Of a DNA stretch of 43,362 nt, positions 1 to 7,265 are shown piece after piece. Origin of the DNA: Gammaproteobacteria bacterium. GTDB lineage: Bacteria; Pseudomonadota; Gammaproteobacteria; Burkholderiales; SG8-39. The notes under the pieces are model-generated. The model worked only from the letters and a program-made list of their open reading frames with translations, made no database searches and was not told where the DNA came from. The DNA is taken from NCBI GenBank assembly GCA_041493345.1, contig JBGPYQ010000002.1, positions 1 to 43,362 of the forward strand, given 5' to 3'. The position numbers were made by a program, and so were the translations under genes. Positions within the stretch are counted from its first letter, which is position 1; the number at the start of each line of letters is the position of its first letter.

Positions 1-204
1 CACGCCGCCGCCCGCAGGACAGGCAACGACGATGCGCACCGGTTTGACGGGGAATGCCGGTCCCTTCGGCAGGCTCAGGGCAGGCTCTGAGCTTGTCGAA
101 GGGGCCTGTCCTGAGCTTGTCGAAGGGGCCTGCGCGAGCGCGGCAGCGCTGGCCGCCGTGGCGAGCAGGGCCAGGACGGATATCACGAAAAATCGCTTCA
201 TCAT
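1..204 (-). CDS. Bug/TctC-family tripartite tricarboxylate transporter substrate-binding protein, 5' part only (continues beyond base 1)
   Basis: Own minus-strand translation from ATG 204..202 (second ATG 201..199), with a GGAGAGGAG SD a few nt upstream. It reads MMKRFFVISVLALLATAASAAALAQAPSTSSGQAPSTSSEPALSLPKGPAFPVKPVRIVVACPAGGG. This is a signal peptide followed by the (Y/F)PxKPxRxxV..PxGG start shared with the other Bug paralogues. The frame is open to base 1. Confidence 0.55.
   Translation of the reverse strand, partial: MMKRFFVISVLALLATAASAAALAQAPSTSSGQAPSTSSEPALSLPKGPAFPVKPVRIVVACPAGGGV
55..129 (-). repeat. In-frame palindromic repeat insertion (about 1.5 element copies, 75 nt) at the signal-peptide/mature junction of the partial Bug gene
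   Basis: Plus-strand arms are cccttcggcaggctcag (62-78), ctgagcttgtcgaaggg (87-103) and a second ctgagcttgtcgaaggg (111-127). It encodes APSTSSGQAPSTSSEPALSLPKGPA between the AQ cleavage motif and FPVKP. Confidence 0.7.
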
Positions 205-238
205 CTTCTCCTCTCCCTTACCCGCTTGCGGGTGAGGG

Positions 239-1321
239 TCAAGCCTCGAGCGGCCGATCCGAAACGCGCAGCTTCGCGACGCCGGCGCGCGCGGCCTCTT
301 CCTGCAGTGTGGCGATCTCGCCGCCCGCGTACGGGATGCCGCTCCTGCGGCGTTTTTCTTCCTCGCGCGTTTCCGGCTCGCCGGGGATCAGGATTTCTTC
401 GAAGCCTGCCGCCTTCGGCACGGCGCGCACGCGCTCGATGAGCGTGTCCATGCGCGAGCGGTATTCCGCCATCGGCACGAACAGGTCCGGCTTCATGGCC
501 AGGAAGAAATGTCCGACGTCCTGCGGCCGGTCGAACACCTTGTACTGATCGGCGACGTTGCCCGCGTACGCCGCGCCCGAGAGCACGCCGCCGAAGATGT
601 CCATGAGCATCGAAAGGCCCGAGCCCTTGTACTCGCCGATCGGCAGCACCACGCCCTCGAGCGCGGCCTTGGGATCGGTGGTCGGGCGGCCTTCGGCGTC
701 GAGCGCGTAGCCGAGCGGAATCTTTTCGCCGCGGCGCAACGCGCGCCGGATCTTGCCGCGCGCCGCCACCGCCGGCGACATGTCCAATAAATACGGCCCG
801 AGCCGCCCGCCGGGCGCACCGGCCGCCAAAGGGCTGGTGCCGAGGAGTGCATCCTTGCCGCCCCAGGGCGGCATGGCGGGCGATGCGTTGGTGAAGACGA
901 GCGAGACAAAGCCGGCGTCCAGCGCCTGCAGGACGTAGCTGGCGGCCATGCCGAAGTGCGTGCTGCGCCGCGCGGCCACGATGCCGATGCCGGATTGTCC
1001 CGCCATCGCGATCGCTTCTTCCATCGCGCGCGTGCCGACCACGAAGCCGAAGCCGTTCTGGCCGTCGAGCGATGCTGCCACCGGCGTCACGCGTTGCGGA
1101 GAAAGCTGCGGCTTCGGATCGACGAGGCCGCGGCGCACGCGATCGAGATAGCCCGGCAATCGCAGCAGGCCGTGCGTGTCCACGCCGCGCAGATCGGCGC
1201 GAACCAGGCAACGGGCGACAATGGCGGCATCGCTCCCGGGTACGCCGTGCGCGGCGAGCAGCGCTCTGGCGAAAGCATCGGCCGCGTCGTGAGCGGCGTA
1301 CAGGCGCGCCGGCTCGCTCAT
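239..1321 (-). CDS. Ldh_2 family (malate/L-lactate/sulfolactate-type) NAD(P)H-dependent oxidoreductase
   Basis: 360-aa ORF with the family-typical ..DLRGVDTHGLLRLPGYL.. and ..STHFGMAASY.. segments. Its ATG overlaps the stop of the upstream aldolase gene (ATGA at 1318-1321). Confidence 0.88.
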   Translation of the reverse strand: MSEPARLYAAHDAADAFARALLAAHGVPGSDAAIVARCLVRADLRGVDTHGLLRLPGYLDRVRRGLVDPKPQLSPQRVTPVAASLDGQNGFGFVVGTRAMEEAIAMAGQSGIGIVAARRSTHFGMAASYVLQALDAGFVSLVFTNASPAMPPWGGKDALLGTSPLAAGAPGGRLGPYLLDMSPAVAARGKIRRALRRGEKIPLGYALDAEGRPTTDPKAALEGVVLPIGEYKGSGLSMLMDIFGGVLSGAAYAGNVADQYKVFDRPQDVGHFFLAMKPDLFVPMAEYRSRMDTLIERVRAVPKAAGFEEILIPGEPETREEEKRRRSGIPYAGGEIATLQEEAARAGVAKLRVSDRPLEA

Positions 1322-2124
1322 CGGAGATCGATGTCCCGCACCTGCTTCGCCTTGTCCGCGGCCGCCGCCAGGAGAAAAGCGAGGTCGGTGCCCGTCGAAA
1401 CATAGCGCGCGCCCATCTTCACGAATTCGGCGACGAGCTTCGGGCGGGTGGCGAGGCCCCCCACGCCGACGTGCTTGCCGTGCTTGCGGCAGGCGGCGAG
1501 GGTGCGCGCGTAGGCTTCGCGCACGCGCTCGTGCTCATATTGCCCGGGAAGGCCCATGTCGGCGAGCAGATCGTTGGTGCCGATGAGCACCATGTCGATG
1601 CCCTCGACCGCCGCGATCTCCTCGGCGCGCTCCAATGCATCCGCGGTCTCGAACTGCACGATGACCATGGTGGCTTCGTTCATCGCGGCGTTCGCCTCGG
1701 CCGCCGGAAAGGAGCGGTACTGCAGATGCGGCAGCGCGCCTGCCGCGGAGCGCTCGCCGAAGGGCGGGAATTTCGCCGCCGCGACGACCTCGCGCGCCTC
1801 TGCTGCCGAGCGGATGTGCGGGGCAATCACGCCCAGCGCCCCGCCGTCGAGCGCGCGCGAGACATGCTCGGGCCGCGTGCTCGGCACGCGAACGAAGGGT
1901 GCGATGCCGATTTCGAGCGCGGCGATGCAGATCTGGCTGGCGGACTCCATCGACAGGCTGCTGTGCTCGACGTCCACGTAGAGCGTGTCGAAGCCGGCGG
2001 TCTTGGCGATGCGCGCGATCTCGACCGAGCGCACCAGGCGCACGGTCATGGAAGCGACGACTTCGTCCCGCGCGAGCTTTTCCTTGACGTTGTTGCGCGC
2101 GAGATCGCGCGGCGATACGGACAT
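1318..2124 (-). CDS. HpcH/HpaI-family 2-keto-3-deoxy-acid aldolase
   Basis: 268-aa ORF with ..GFDTLYVDVEHS.. and ..VQFETADALERAEEIAAVEGIDMVLIGTNDL.. typical of HpcH/HpaI aldolases. GGAGG SD upstream of ATG 2124. Confidence 0.88.
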   Translation of the reverse strand: MSVSPRDLARNNVKEKLARDEVVASMTVRLVRSVEIARIAKTAGFDTLYVDVEHSSLSMESASQICIAALEIGIAPFVRVPSTRPEHVSRALDGGALGVIAPHIRSAAEAREVVAAAKFPPFGERSAAGALPHLQYRSFPAAEANAAMNEATMVIVQFETADALERAEEIAAVEGIDMVLIGTNDLLADMGLPGQYEHERVREAYARTLAACRKHGKHVGVGGLATRPKLVAEFVKMGARYVSTGTDLAFLLAAAADKAKQVRDIDLR

Positions 2125-2166
2125 GTCGCTTCCTCCCTGGCCTGTGCCTGAATCATACCCGGCGGC

Positions 2167-2199
2167 CCGGAATCGGCGTTATACTTTTCGCCGTTCCGG
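2167..2199. promoter_or_regulatory. Inverted repeat (candidate operator or 5'-UTR hairpin) in the divergent promoter region
   Basis: ccggaatcggcg (2167-2178) and cgccgttccgg (2189-2199) are near-perfect reverse complements separated by the AT-rich ttatactttt. The repeat lies 15 nt upstream of ATG 2215, between divergent genes. Confidence 0.3.
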
Positions 2200-2214
2200 T
2201 CCCAGGGATAAATC

Positions 2215-2991
2215 ATGGCCGTCCATTCGTTGAAAAAAGGCAAGACCGTCCGCCAGCAGGTGAGCACGAAGGAATGGGAAAAGCGCGTCGATCTCGCCGC
2301 GGCCTACCGCCTGATGGACGTGTACGCCATGACCGAGATGAGCGCCAACCACATCAGCACGCGGGTGCCCGGCGAAGAGGGCGCGTTCCTGATCAATCCC
2401 TACGGCCCGCTCTACGACCAGATGACCGCGTCGTGCTTCATCAAGCTCGATCTGGCCGGCAAGGTCCTGTTCAATCCCGGCGAATTCGGATTCAACAAGG
2501 CCGGCTACGTCATTCACAGCGCCATCCACGCCGCCCGGCACGACGTCGATTGCGTGATCCACACCCATACCATCGCCGGAATGGCGGTGTCGGCGATGAA
2601 GTGCGGCCTCTTGCCGATCGCGCAGACGTCGATGCGCTTCGCGAAGATCGCCTATCACGAATACGAGGGCATCGCGATCAACGTCGAGGAACAGGAGCGC
2701 CTCGTGAGCGACCTCGGCGAGCACGCTGGCATGATCCTGAAAAACCACGGCCTGCTGACCGTGGGCGGGAGCATTGCCGAGGCGTTCAACAACATTTTCC
2801 GGCTCGAGCGCGCCTGCCAGGTCCAGGTGGCGGCGCTGTCGTGCAACGTCGAGCTGCAGTTCCCGCCGGAGCACATCGTCAGCGAATCGTACCGGCTGTA
2901 CCTTCCCGAAACGCGCAGGCCCTTCGGCGTTCTCGAATGGCCGGCCCTGCTGAGGAAGCTCGACAAGATCGACCCGTCGTACCGCGACTGA
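2215..2991 (+). CDS. Class II aldolase/adducin-domain protein
   Basis: 258-aa ORF with ..NHISTRVPGEEGAFLINPYG.., ..CVIHTHTIAGMAVS.. and ..ILKNHGLLTVGGSIAEAF.. typical of the class II aldolase/adducin N-terminal domain. Confidence 0.88.
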   Translation: MAVHSLKKGKTVRQQVSTKEWEKRVDLAAAYRLMDVYAMTEMSANHISTRVPGEEGAFLINPYGPLYDQMTASCFIKLDLAGKVLFNPGEFGFNKAGYVIHSAIHAARHDVDCVIHTHTIAGMAVSAMKCGLLPIAQTSMRFAKIAYHEYEGIAINVEEQERLVSDLGEHAGMILKNHGLLTVGGSIAEAFNNIFRLERACQVQVAALSCNVELQFPPEHIVSESYRLYLPETRRPFGVLEWPALLRKLDKIDPSYRD

Positions 2992-3083
2992 CGAACTGGA
3001 AGGCCGGCCGGGCGGGACGTCGCGGGGAGGACGATGGAAAAACTTTCAGTCTTGTTCTTGTCGGCGCTTGCGCTCTCCCTAGA

Positions 3084-3218
3084 CTAGAACTCATCTCAAA
3101 ATTCTCCCTCACCCCAACCCTCTCCCGGAGGGAGAGGGAGAATCACCCTTCTCCCCTCGGGAGAAGGGCCGGGGATGAGGGGAAACGACGACACGACATA
3201 TTTTGAGATGAGATCTAG
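3084..3218. repeat. MITE-like nested palindromic element with 19-bp terminal inverted repeats
   Basis: ctagaactcatctcaaaat (3084-3102) matches the reverse complement of attttgagatgagatctag (3200-3218) at 18/19 positions. The core carries the hairpins ccctctcc-cgga-gggagaggg and cccttctcc-cctc-gggagaaggg plus ccctcacccc / ggggatgaggg. Confidence 0.65.
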
Positions 3219-3228
3219 AGAGCTACAG

Positions 3229-4104
3229 ATGTTGAAAGTGACAAGCAGCGGGCAATCGCTCGGCGCGACGATCGAGGGGCTCGATCTCGCCAGGCCGCTT
3301 TTGCAGGAGGAATTCGACACGGTCCTTCGCGCGCTGGGCGAGCGCGGCGTCCTGCGCTTCCCGCGCCAGACGCTTACGGTCCGGCAGCTAGCGGACTTCG
3401 GCGCGCGCTTCGGAAAGCTGGAGATCAACGTCGCCAACGCCTTCCAGGAGCCGGGGGTTCCGGAGGTGATGATCCTCTCCAACATCGTGGAAAACGGCAA
3501 GCCGATCGGCCTGGCGGATGCGGGGCAGGACTGGCACACCGACATGTCCTACAGCAGGACGATCGCGTTCGCGAACGTGCTCTACGGCATCAAGATCCCG
3601 AAGCGCGGCGGCAGGCCGCTCGGGGCGACCGAGTTCAGCAACATGCATGCCGCGTATGACGGCCTGCCGGCCGAAATGAAGCGGGACCTCGAAGGCATGA
3701 CCGTGCTTCACGACTTCAACAAGTTCTGGGAAATGATGAGGCGCGAGAAAGGCAGCAAGCGCCCGCCGCTCACCGAAGCTCAGAGCAGGGCGAAGCCTCC
3801 CGTGTCGCACCCGATTTTTCTCACGCACCCGATCACCGGCCGCAAGGTGCTCTACGCTAACCCCGGCTACTCGATCCGCATCAACGAGCTTCCGGAGAAG
3901 GAGGGCGAGCGGACGCTGGCGTTCCTGTTCGAGCACCAGTTGAAGCCCGAGTACCGCTACGCCTTTCACTGGCAGGAAGGCGACGTCCTGATGTGGGAGG
4001 ACATCGGCACCATCCACAACGCCGTCGCCGACTACGGCGCGGACGAACCTCGCCTCATCAAGCGCTGCCAGGTGATGGCGACGATGTTTTACGGCGCGCA
4101 ATGA
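3229..4104 (+). CDS. TauD/TfdA-family Fe(II)/2-oxoglutarate-dependent dioxygenase
   Basis: DWHTDMSY (HxD iron ligands) and C-terminal ..MWEDIGTIHNAV.. are present. I moved the start to ATG 3229 (MLKVTSSGQSLGATIEGLDL) because the 3175 start lies inside the repeat element. Confidence 0.88.
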   Translation: MLKVTSSGQSLGATIEGLDLARPLLQEEFDTVLRALGERGVLRFPRQTLTVRQLADFGARFGKLEINVANAFQEPGVPEVMILSNIVENGKPIGLADAGQDWHTDMSYSRTIAFANVLYGIKIPKRGGRPLGATEFSNMHAAYDGLPAEMKRDLEGMTVLHDFNKFWEMMRREKGSKRPPLTEAQSRAKPPVSHPIFLTHPITGRKVLYANPGYSIRINELPEKEGERTLAFLFEHQLKPEYRYAFHWQEGDVLMWEDIGTIHNAVADYGADEPRLIKRCQVMATMFYGAQ

Positions 4105-5024
4105 GATTGGCGAGCTATCGGGGCGCCGGTACGCAAATCCGGACCGGCGCGGTTGTGCGCGAGAGCGTGGTCGATCTCACCGATATCGTCGCCTCGATCG
4201 AAATTCCTGCCGATCGCGCCGAGGCGCTCGCGCAACGCGGAGTTTCCCTGCCCGCGGGCGGCATGCTGAGGCTCCTCTACGCGGGGCCGCGCGCCGTGCA
4301 CGAGCTCGCGCAGCGCGTTGAGGTGTTGGCGCGGGATCCAGCGCGCCGCCGCCCGCTCAAGGAGACTACGCTGCTCGCCCCGATTCCGCGGCCGGGAAAG
4401 ATCGTCGCCGTCGGACGCAACTACGCCGACCATGCCAGGGAAACCGGCGTCGATCCGTTCGAGAAGCCGCGAATCATAGCGAAACTTCCGTCGAGCGCGA
4501 CCGGACCGGGAGCGGCGGTGAAGCGCCCGGCCGCCGTGACGAAAATGGATTTCGAGGCGGAGCTCGCCGTCGTGATCGGCGAATTCGCCTCCGGCGTGCC
4601 GCGCGCGAAGGCGCTCGATTGCGTCGCCGGCTACACGGCGCTGAACGACCTCTCCGCGCGCGAATTCCAGTTCGACGTGTCGCCGCCGCAGACCACGTTC
4701 GCCAAGAGCATGGACGGCTTCTGCCCGATGGGGCCATGGCTCGTGACGAAGGACGAGATTCCCGATCCGCAGGCGCTGGAACTCGGCTGCCGCGTGAACG
4801 GCGAGGCGATGCAGCACGGCAGCACCGCGGATATGATCTTCCCGGTGGACCGCCTGATCGAATACCTCACGCAGTACATGACGCTCGAGCCCGGCGACGT
4901 GATCGCCACCGGCACGCCGGCGGGCGTGGGCGCGTTCCGCAAGCCGCCGGTTTGGCTCAAGCCCGGCGACCGCGTGCGGATCGAGATTTCGCGGGTGGGA
5001 ATTCTCGAGAACGCCATCGTATGA
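4101..5024 (+). CDS. Fumarylacetoacetate hydrolase (FAH) family hydratase/isomerase/decarboxylase
   Basis: ..VGRNYADHARE.., ..DFEAELAVVIG.. and ..GDVIATGTPAGVG.. are present. ATG 4101 overlaps the TauD stop (ATGA). The longer 3993 start would overlap TauD out of frame. Confidence 0.88.
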   Translation: MRLASYRGAGTQIRTGAVVRESVVDLTDIVASIEIPADRAEALAQRGVSLPAGGMLRLLYAGPRAVHELAQRVEVLARDPARRRPLKETTLLAPIPRPGKIVAVGRNYADHARETGVDPFEKPRIIAKLPSSATGPGAAVKRPAAVTKMDFEAELAVVIGEFASGVPRAKALDCVAGYTALNDLSAREFQFDVSPPQTTFAKSMDGFCPMGPWLVTKDEIPDPQALELGCRVNGEAMQHGSTADMIFPVDRLIEYLTQYMTLEPGDVIATGTPAGVGAFRKPPVWLKPGDRVRIEISRVGILENAIV

Positions 5025-5034
5025 AGGAGGAGCC

Positions 5035-6027
5035 ATGAAAATCGTCGCACCGGTGATCGCTGCGCTGTTGTCGCTCGCGAGCGCAGCCGCCTTTGCGCAG
5101 GGCCCTTCGACAGGCTCAGGGCAGGCCTATCCCGCGAAACCGGTCAAGGTCCTGGTCGGCTTCGCCGCAGGGGGGCCGACCGACGTGATTGCGCGGATCG
5201 TCGCGCAGGACATGACCGCGTCGCTCGGCCAGAGCTTCATCGTCGAGAACAGGCCCGGCGCGAACGCGATCATCGCCACCGAGGCGGTGGCGCGCTCCGC
5301 TCCCGACGGCCATACGCTGCTGTTTTCCTCGCTCTCGCTCCTCGTGAACGCGATCCTGCTCGAGAACAAGGCCAAGTACGATCCGTTCAGGGACTTCGCG
5401 CCCATCAGCAACGCGGCCGTGCTGCCGATGGTGGTGGTGACGAGCCCGGAGACCCGGCTCAACGCGATGAAGGATCTCGTGGCGCTCGCCAGGGTGAAAC
5501 CCGGCGAGGTGAGCTACGGAACGTCCGGCAACGGCGGCTCGACGCATCTGGCCGGCGCGATGCTCGAAAACTTCACCGGCACGAAGATGATCAACGTTCC
5601 CTTCAAGGGCAATGGTCCGGCACTGGCCGAAGTGATGGCTGGACGCGTGACCTTCATGTTCTATCCCATCGTCGGCATCGCCGACCAGGTCTCGGCAAAG
5701 AGGCTGAAGGTGCTGGCGGTGGGTACGGCAAAACCCCACCCCGACTTTCCCTCGGTTCCCACCCTGGACGACGCGGGCTTTCCGGGATTCGACGAAACCG
5801 CGCCCTGGGTGGGCATGCTGGCTCCCGCCGGAACGCCCGCGGCGATCGTCAATCGCCTGAGCGACGAGATGCGAAAGTCGCTCGCCAGGCCCGAATCGAA
5901 GGAACGGTTCAAGGCGCTGGGCGCCATCACCGTCGGCGACACGCCCGCCGAATTTTCCGCTTTTCTGAAGAAAGATCACGAGCGCTGGGCGCGCGTCATC
6001 AAGGCTTCGGGGGTGACGGCGGAATGA
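5035..6027 (+). CDS. Bug/TctC-family substrate-binding protein
   Basis: 330 aa: signal peptide, then YPAKPVKVLVGF..GGPTD.., ..GTSGNGGSTHLAG.., ..VPFKGNGPA... GGAGGAG SD upstream. Confidence 0.93.
   Translation: MKIVAPVIAALLSLASAAAFAQGPSTGSGQAYPAKPVKVLVGFAAGGPTDVIARIVAQDMTASLGQSFIVENRPGANAIIATEAVARSAPDGHTLLFSSLSLLVNAILLENKAKYDPFRDFAPISNAAVLPMVVVTSPETRLNAMKDLVALARVKPGEVSYGTSGNGGSTHLAGAMLENFTGTKMINVPFKGNGPALAEVMAGRVTFMFYPIVGIADQVSAKRLKVLAVGTAKPHPDFPSVPTLDDAGFPGFDETAPWVGMLAPAGTPAAIVNRLSDEMRKSLARPESKERFKALGAITVGDTPAEFSAFLKKDHERWARVIKASGVTAE
5101..5127 (+). repeat. In-frame half palindromic element (27 nt) at the signal-peptide/mature junction
   Basis: ggcccttcgacaggctcagggcaggcc encodes GPSTGSGQA, inserted between AQ and YPAKP. 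It has the same left arm as the elements at 7331 and 15727. Confidence 0.7.
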
Positions 6028-7265
6028 AAGCGAACGATCTCGAAGCCGCGGCGGGCGCGCCGGCAACCGCAGCGTCCTCCTGCGCGATCTCGCGGCGCGC
6101 CTCCGCGCGCGTCCTGCGCGCCTGGAACATCGCGGACCTGCGCGGGATCGCGAAAAAGCGCCTGCCCCGCGCGGTGTTCGATTTCTTCGACGGCGGCGCC
6201 GAGGACGAATTGACGCTTCGCGACAACCGCGCCGCCTTCGAGCGCGTGCGTATTGCGCCGAGGGTGCTCGCCGGCGTGGCGCAGATCGACACGTCGGCCG
6301 CGATTCTCGGCGCGCGCTCGAAGCTGCCGATCACCGTCGGCCCCACGGGCGGCATCGGCTTCGGCTGGCCGTTCGCAGACGTCGGCATCGCGCGCGCGGC
6401 AGCCGCGGCCGGAATCCCGTATACGCTCTCGACCATGGCGACGTCCTCGATCGAGCGCATCGCGCGCGAGGCGGGCGGGCGCCTGTGGTTCCAGGCCTAC
6501 ATCTTCCGCCAGAGCGACATGACCCTGGGTCTCGTCGAGCGCGCGCGGCAGTTCGGCTACGAGGCGCTGATGGTCACGGTAGACGTCCCCGTGGGCGGCA
6601 AGCGCGAGCGCGACTTCCGCAACGATTTTGCGATCCGCTTCCGCTTTACGCCGAGGAACGTGCTCGATTTCGCCTCGCGTCCCGGTTGGGTGCTCTCGGT
6701 GCTCCGCCACGGCATGCCGGTGCTGGAAAACGTGGTGGATCTGGCTCCGGAGGCGAAAAGCACCGCCGAGATCGCGTCCTCGGTCGGGCAATTCTGGGAC
6801 GCGGGCTTCGACTGGGACGGCCTGAAGCGGATGCGCGACCGCTGGCCGGGGAAGATGCTCGTCAAAGGGATCCTCCGCGCCGACGACGCCGAGCGGCTCG
6901 CAGGCCTGGGCGTCGACGCGGTCGTCGTCTCCAACCACGGCGGGCGCCAGCTCGATGGTGCGGTCGCGGCGCTCGACGCGCTTCCGCCGATCGTGCGCGC
7001 GGTGAAAGGCAGGATGAGCGTGCTGGTGGACGGCGGCGTGCGCCGCGGCGTGGACGTGGTGAAAGCCCTCGCGCTCGGCGCCGATGCGGTCATGCTCGGC
7101 CGCGCAACCCTGTACGGCGTCTGCGCGGCGGGCGAAGCGGGCGCCGCGCGTGCTCTCGAAATCCTGCGCGACGAGCTGGTGCGCGCGATGCAGCTCTCCG
7201 GCGTGCGGACGGTGCGCGAGATCGGCGCGGATCTGCTCGCGCCGCTTTCTGGAGGCGGCAGATGA
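6024..7265 (+). CDS. FMN-dependent alpha-hydroxy-acid dehydrogenase/oxidase (LldD/glycolate-oxidase family)
   Basis: ..LPRAVFDFFDGGAEDELTLRDN.., ..VVSNHGGRQLDG.. and ..DGGVRRGVDVVKALALGA.. are present. ATG 6024 overlaps the upstream stop (ATGA). The N-terminal ~35 aa are atypical, so the true start could be further downstream. Confidence 0.85.
   Translation: MKANDLEAAAGAPATAASSCAISRRASARVLRAWNIADLRGIAKKRLPRAVFDFFDGGAEDELTLRDNRAAFERVRIAPRVLAGVAQIDTSAAILGARSKLPITVGPTGGIGFGWPFADVGIARAAAAAGIPYTLSTMATSSIERIAREAGGRLWFQAYIFRQSDMTLGLVERARQFGYEALMVTVDVPVGGKRERDFRNDFAIRFRFTPRNVLDFASRPGWVLSVLRHGMPVLENVVDLAPEAKSTAEIASSVGQFWDAGFDWDGLKRMRDRWPGKMLVKGILRADDAERLAGLGVDAVVVSNHGGRQLDGAVAALDALPPIVRAVKGRMSVLVDGGVRRGVDVVKALALGADAVMLGRATLYGVCAAGEAGAARALEILRDELVRAMQLSGVRTVREIGADLLAPLSGGGR

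Noticed and set aside
55-129. Clustered copies of the cccttcgaca.gctcag palindrome, considered as a possible CRISPR array
   Set aside because: There are only 2-3 arm copies, they are inverted rather than direct with unique spacers, they are embedded in a coding frame, and no cas genes are present. The other repeat families are likewise single palindromes.
3175-3228. Upstream start (3175) for the TauD-family gene
   Set aside because: These codons lie inside the MITE-like element (its right terminal repeat spans 3200-3218). Family similarity begins after ATG 3229.
6485-7261. N-terminal 259 codons of the 595-aa track ORF 6485..8272
   Set aside because: This part overlaps the FMN oxidase gene out of frame and is Arg-rich. 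The Bug signal peptide starts at ATG 7262, with an ATGA overlap to the upstream stop.
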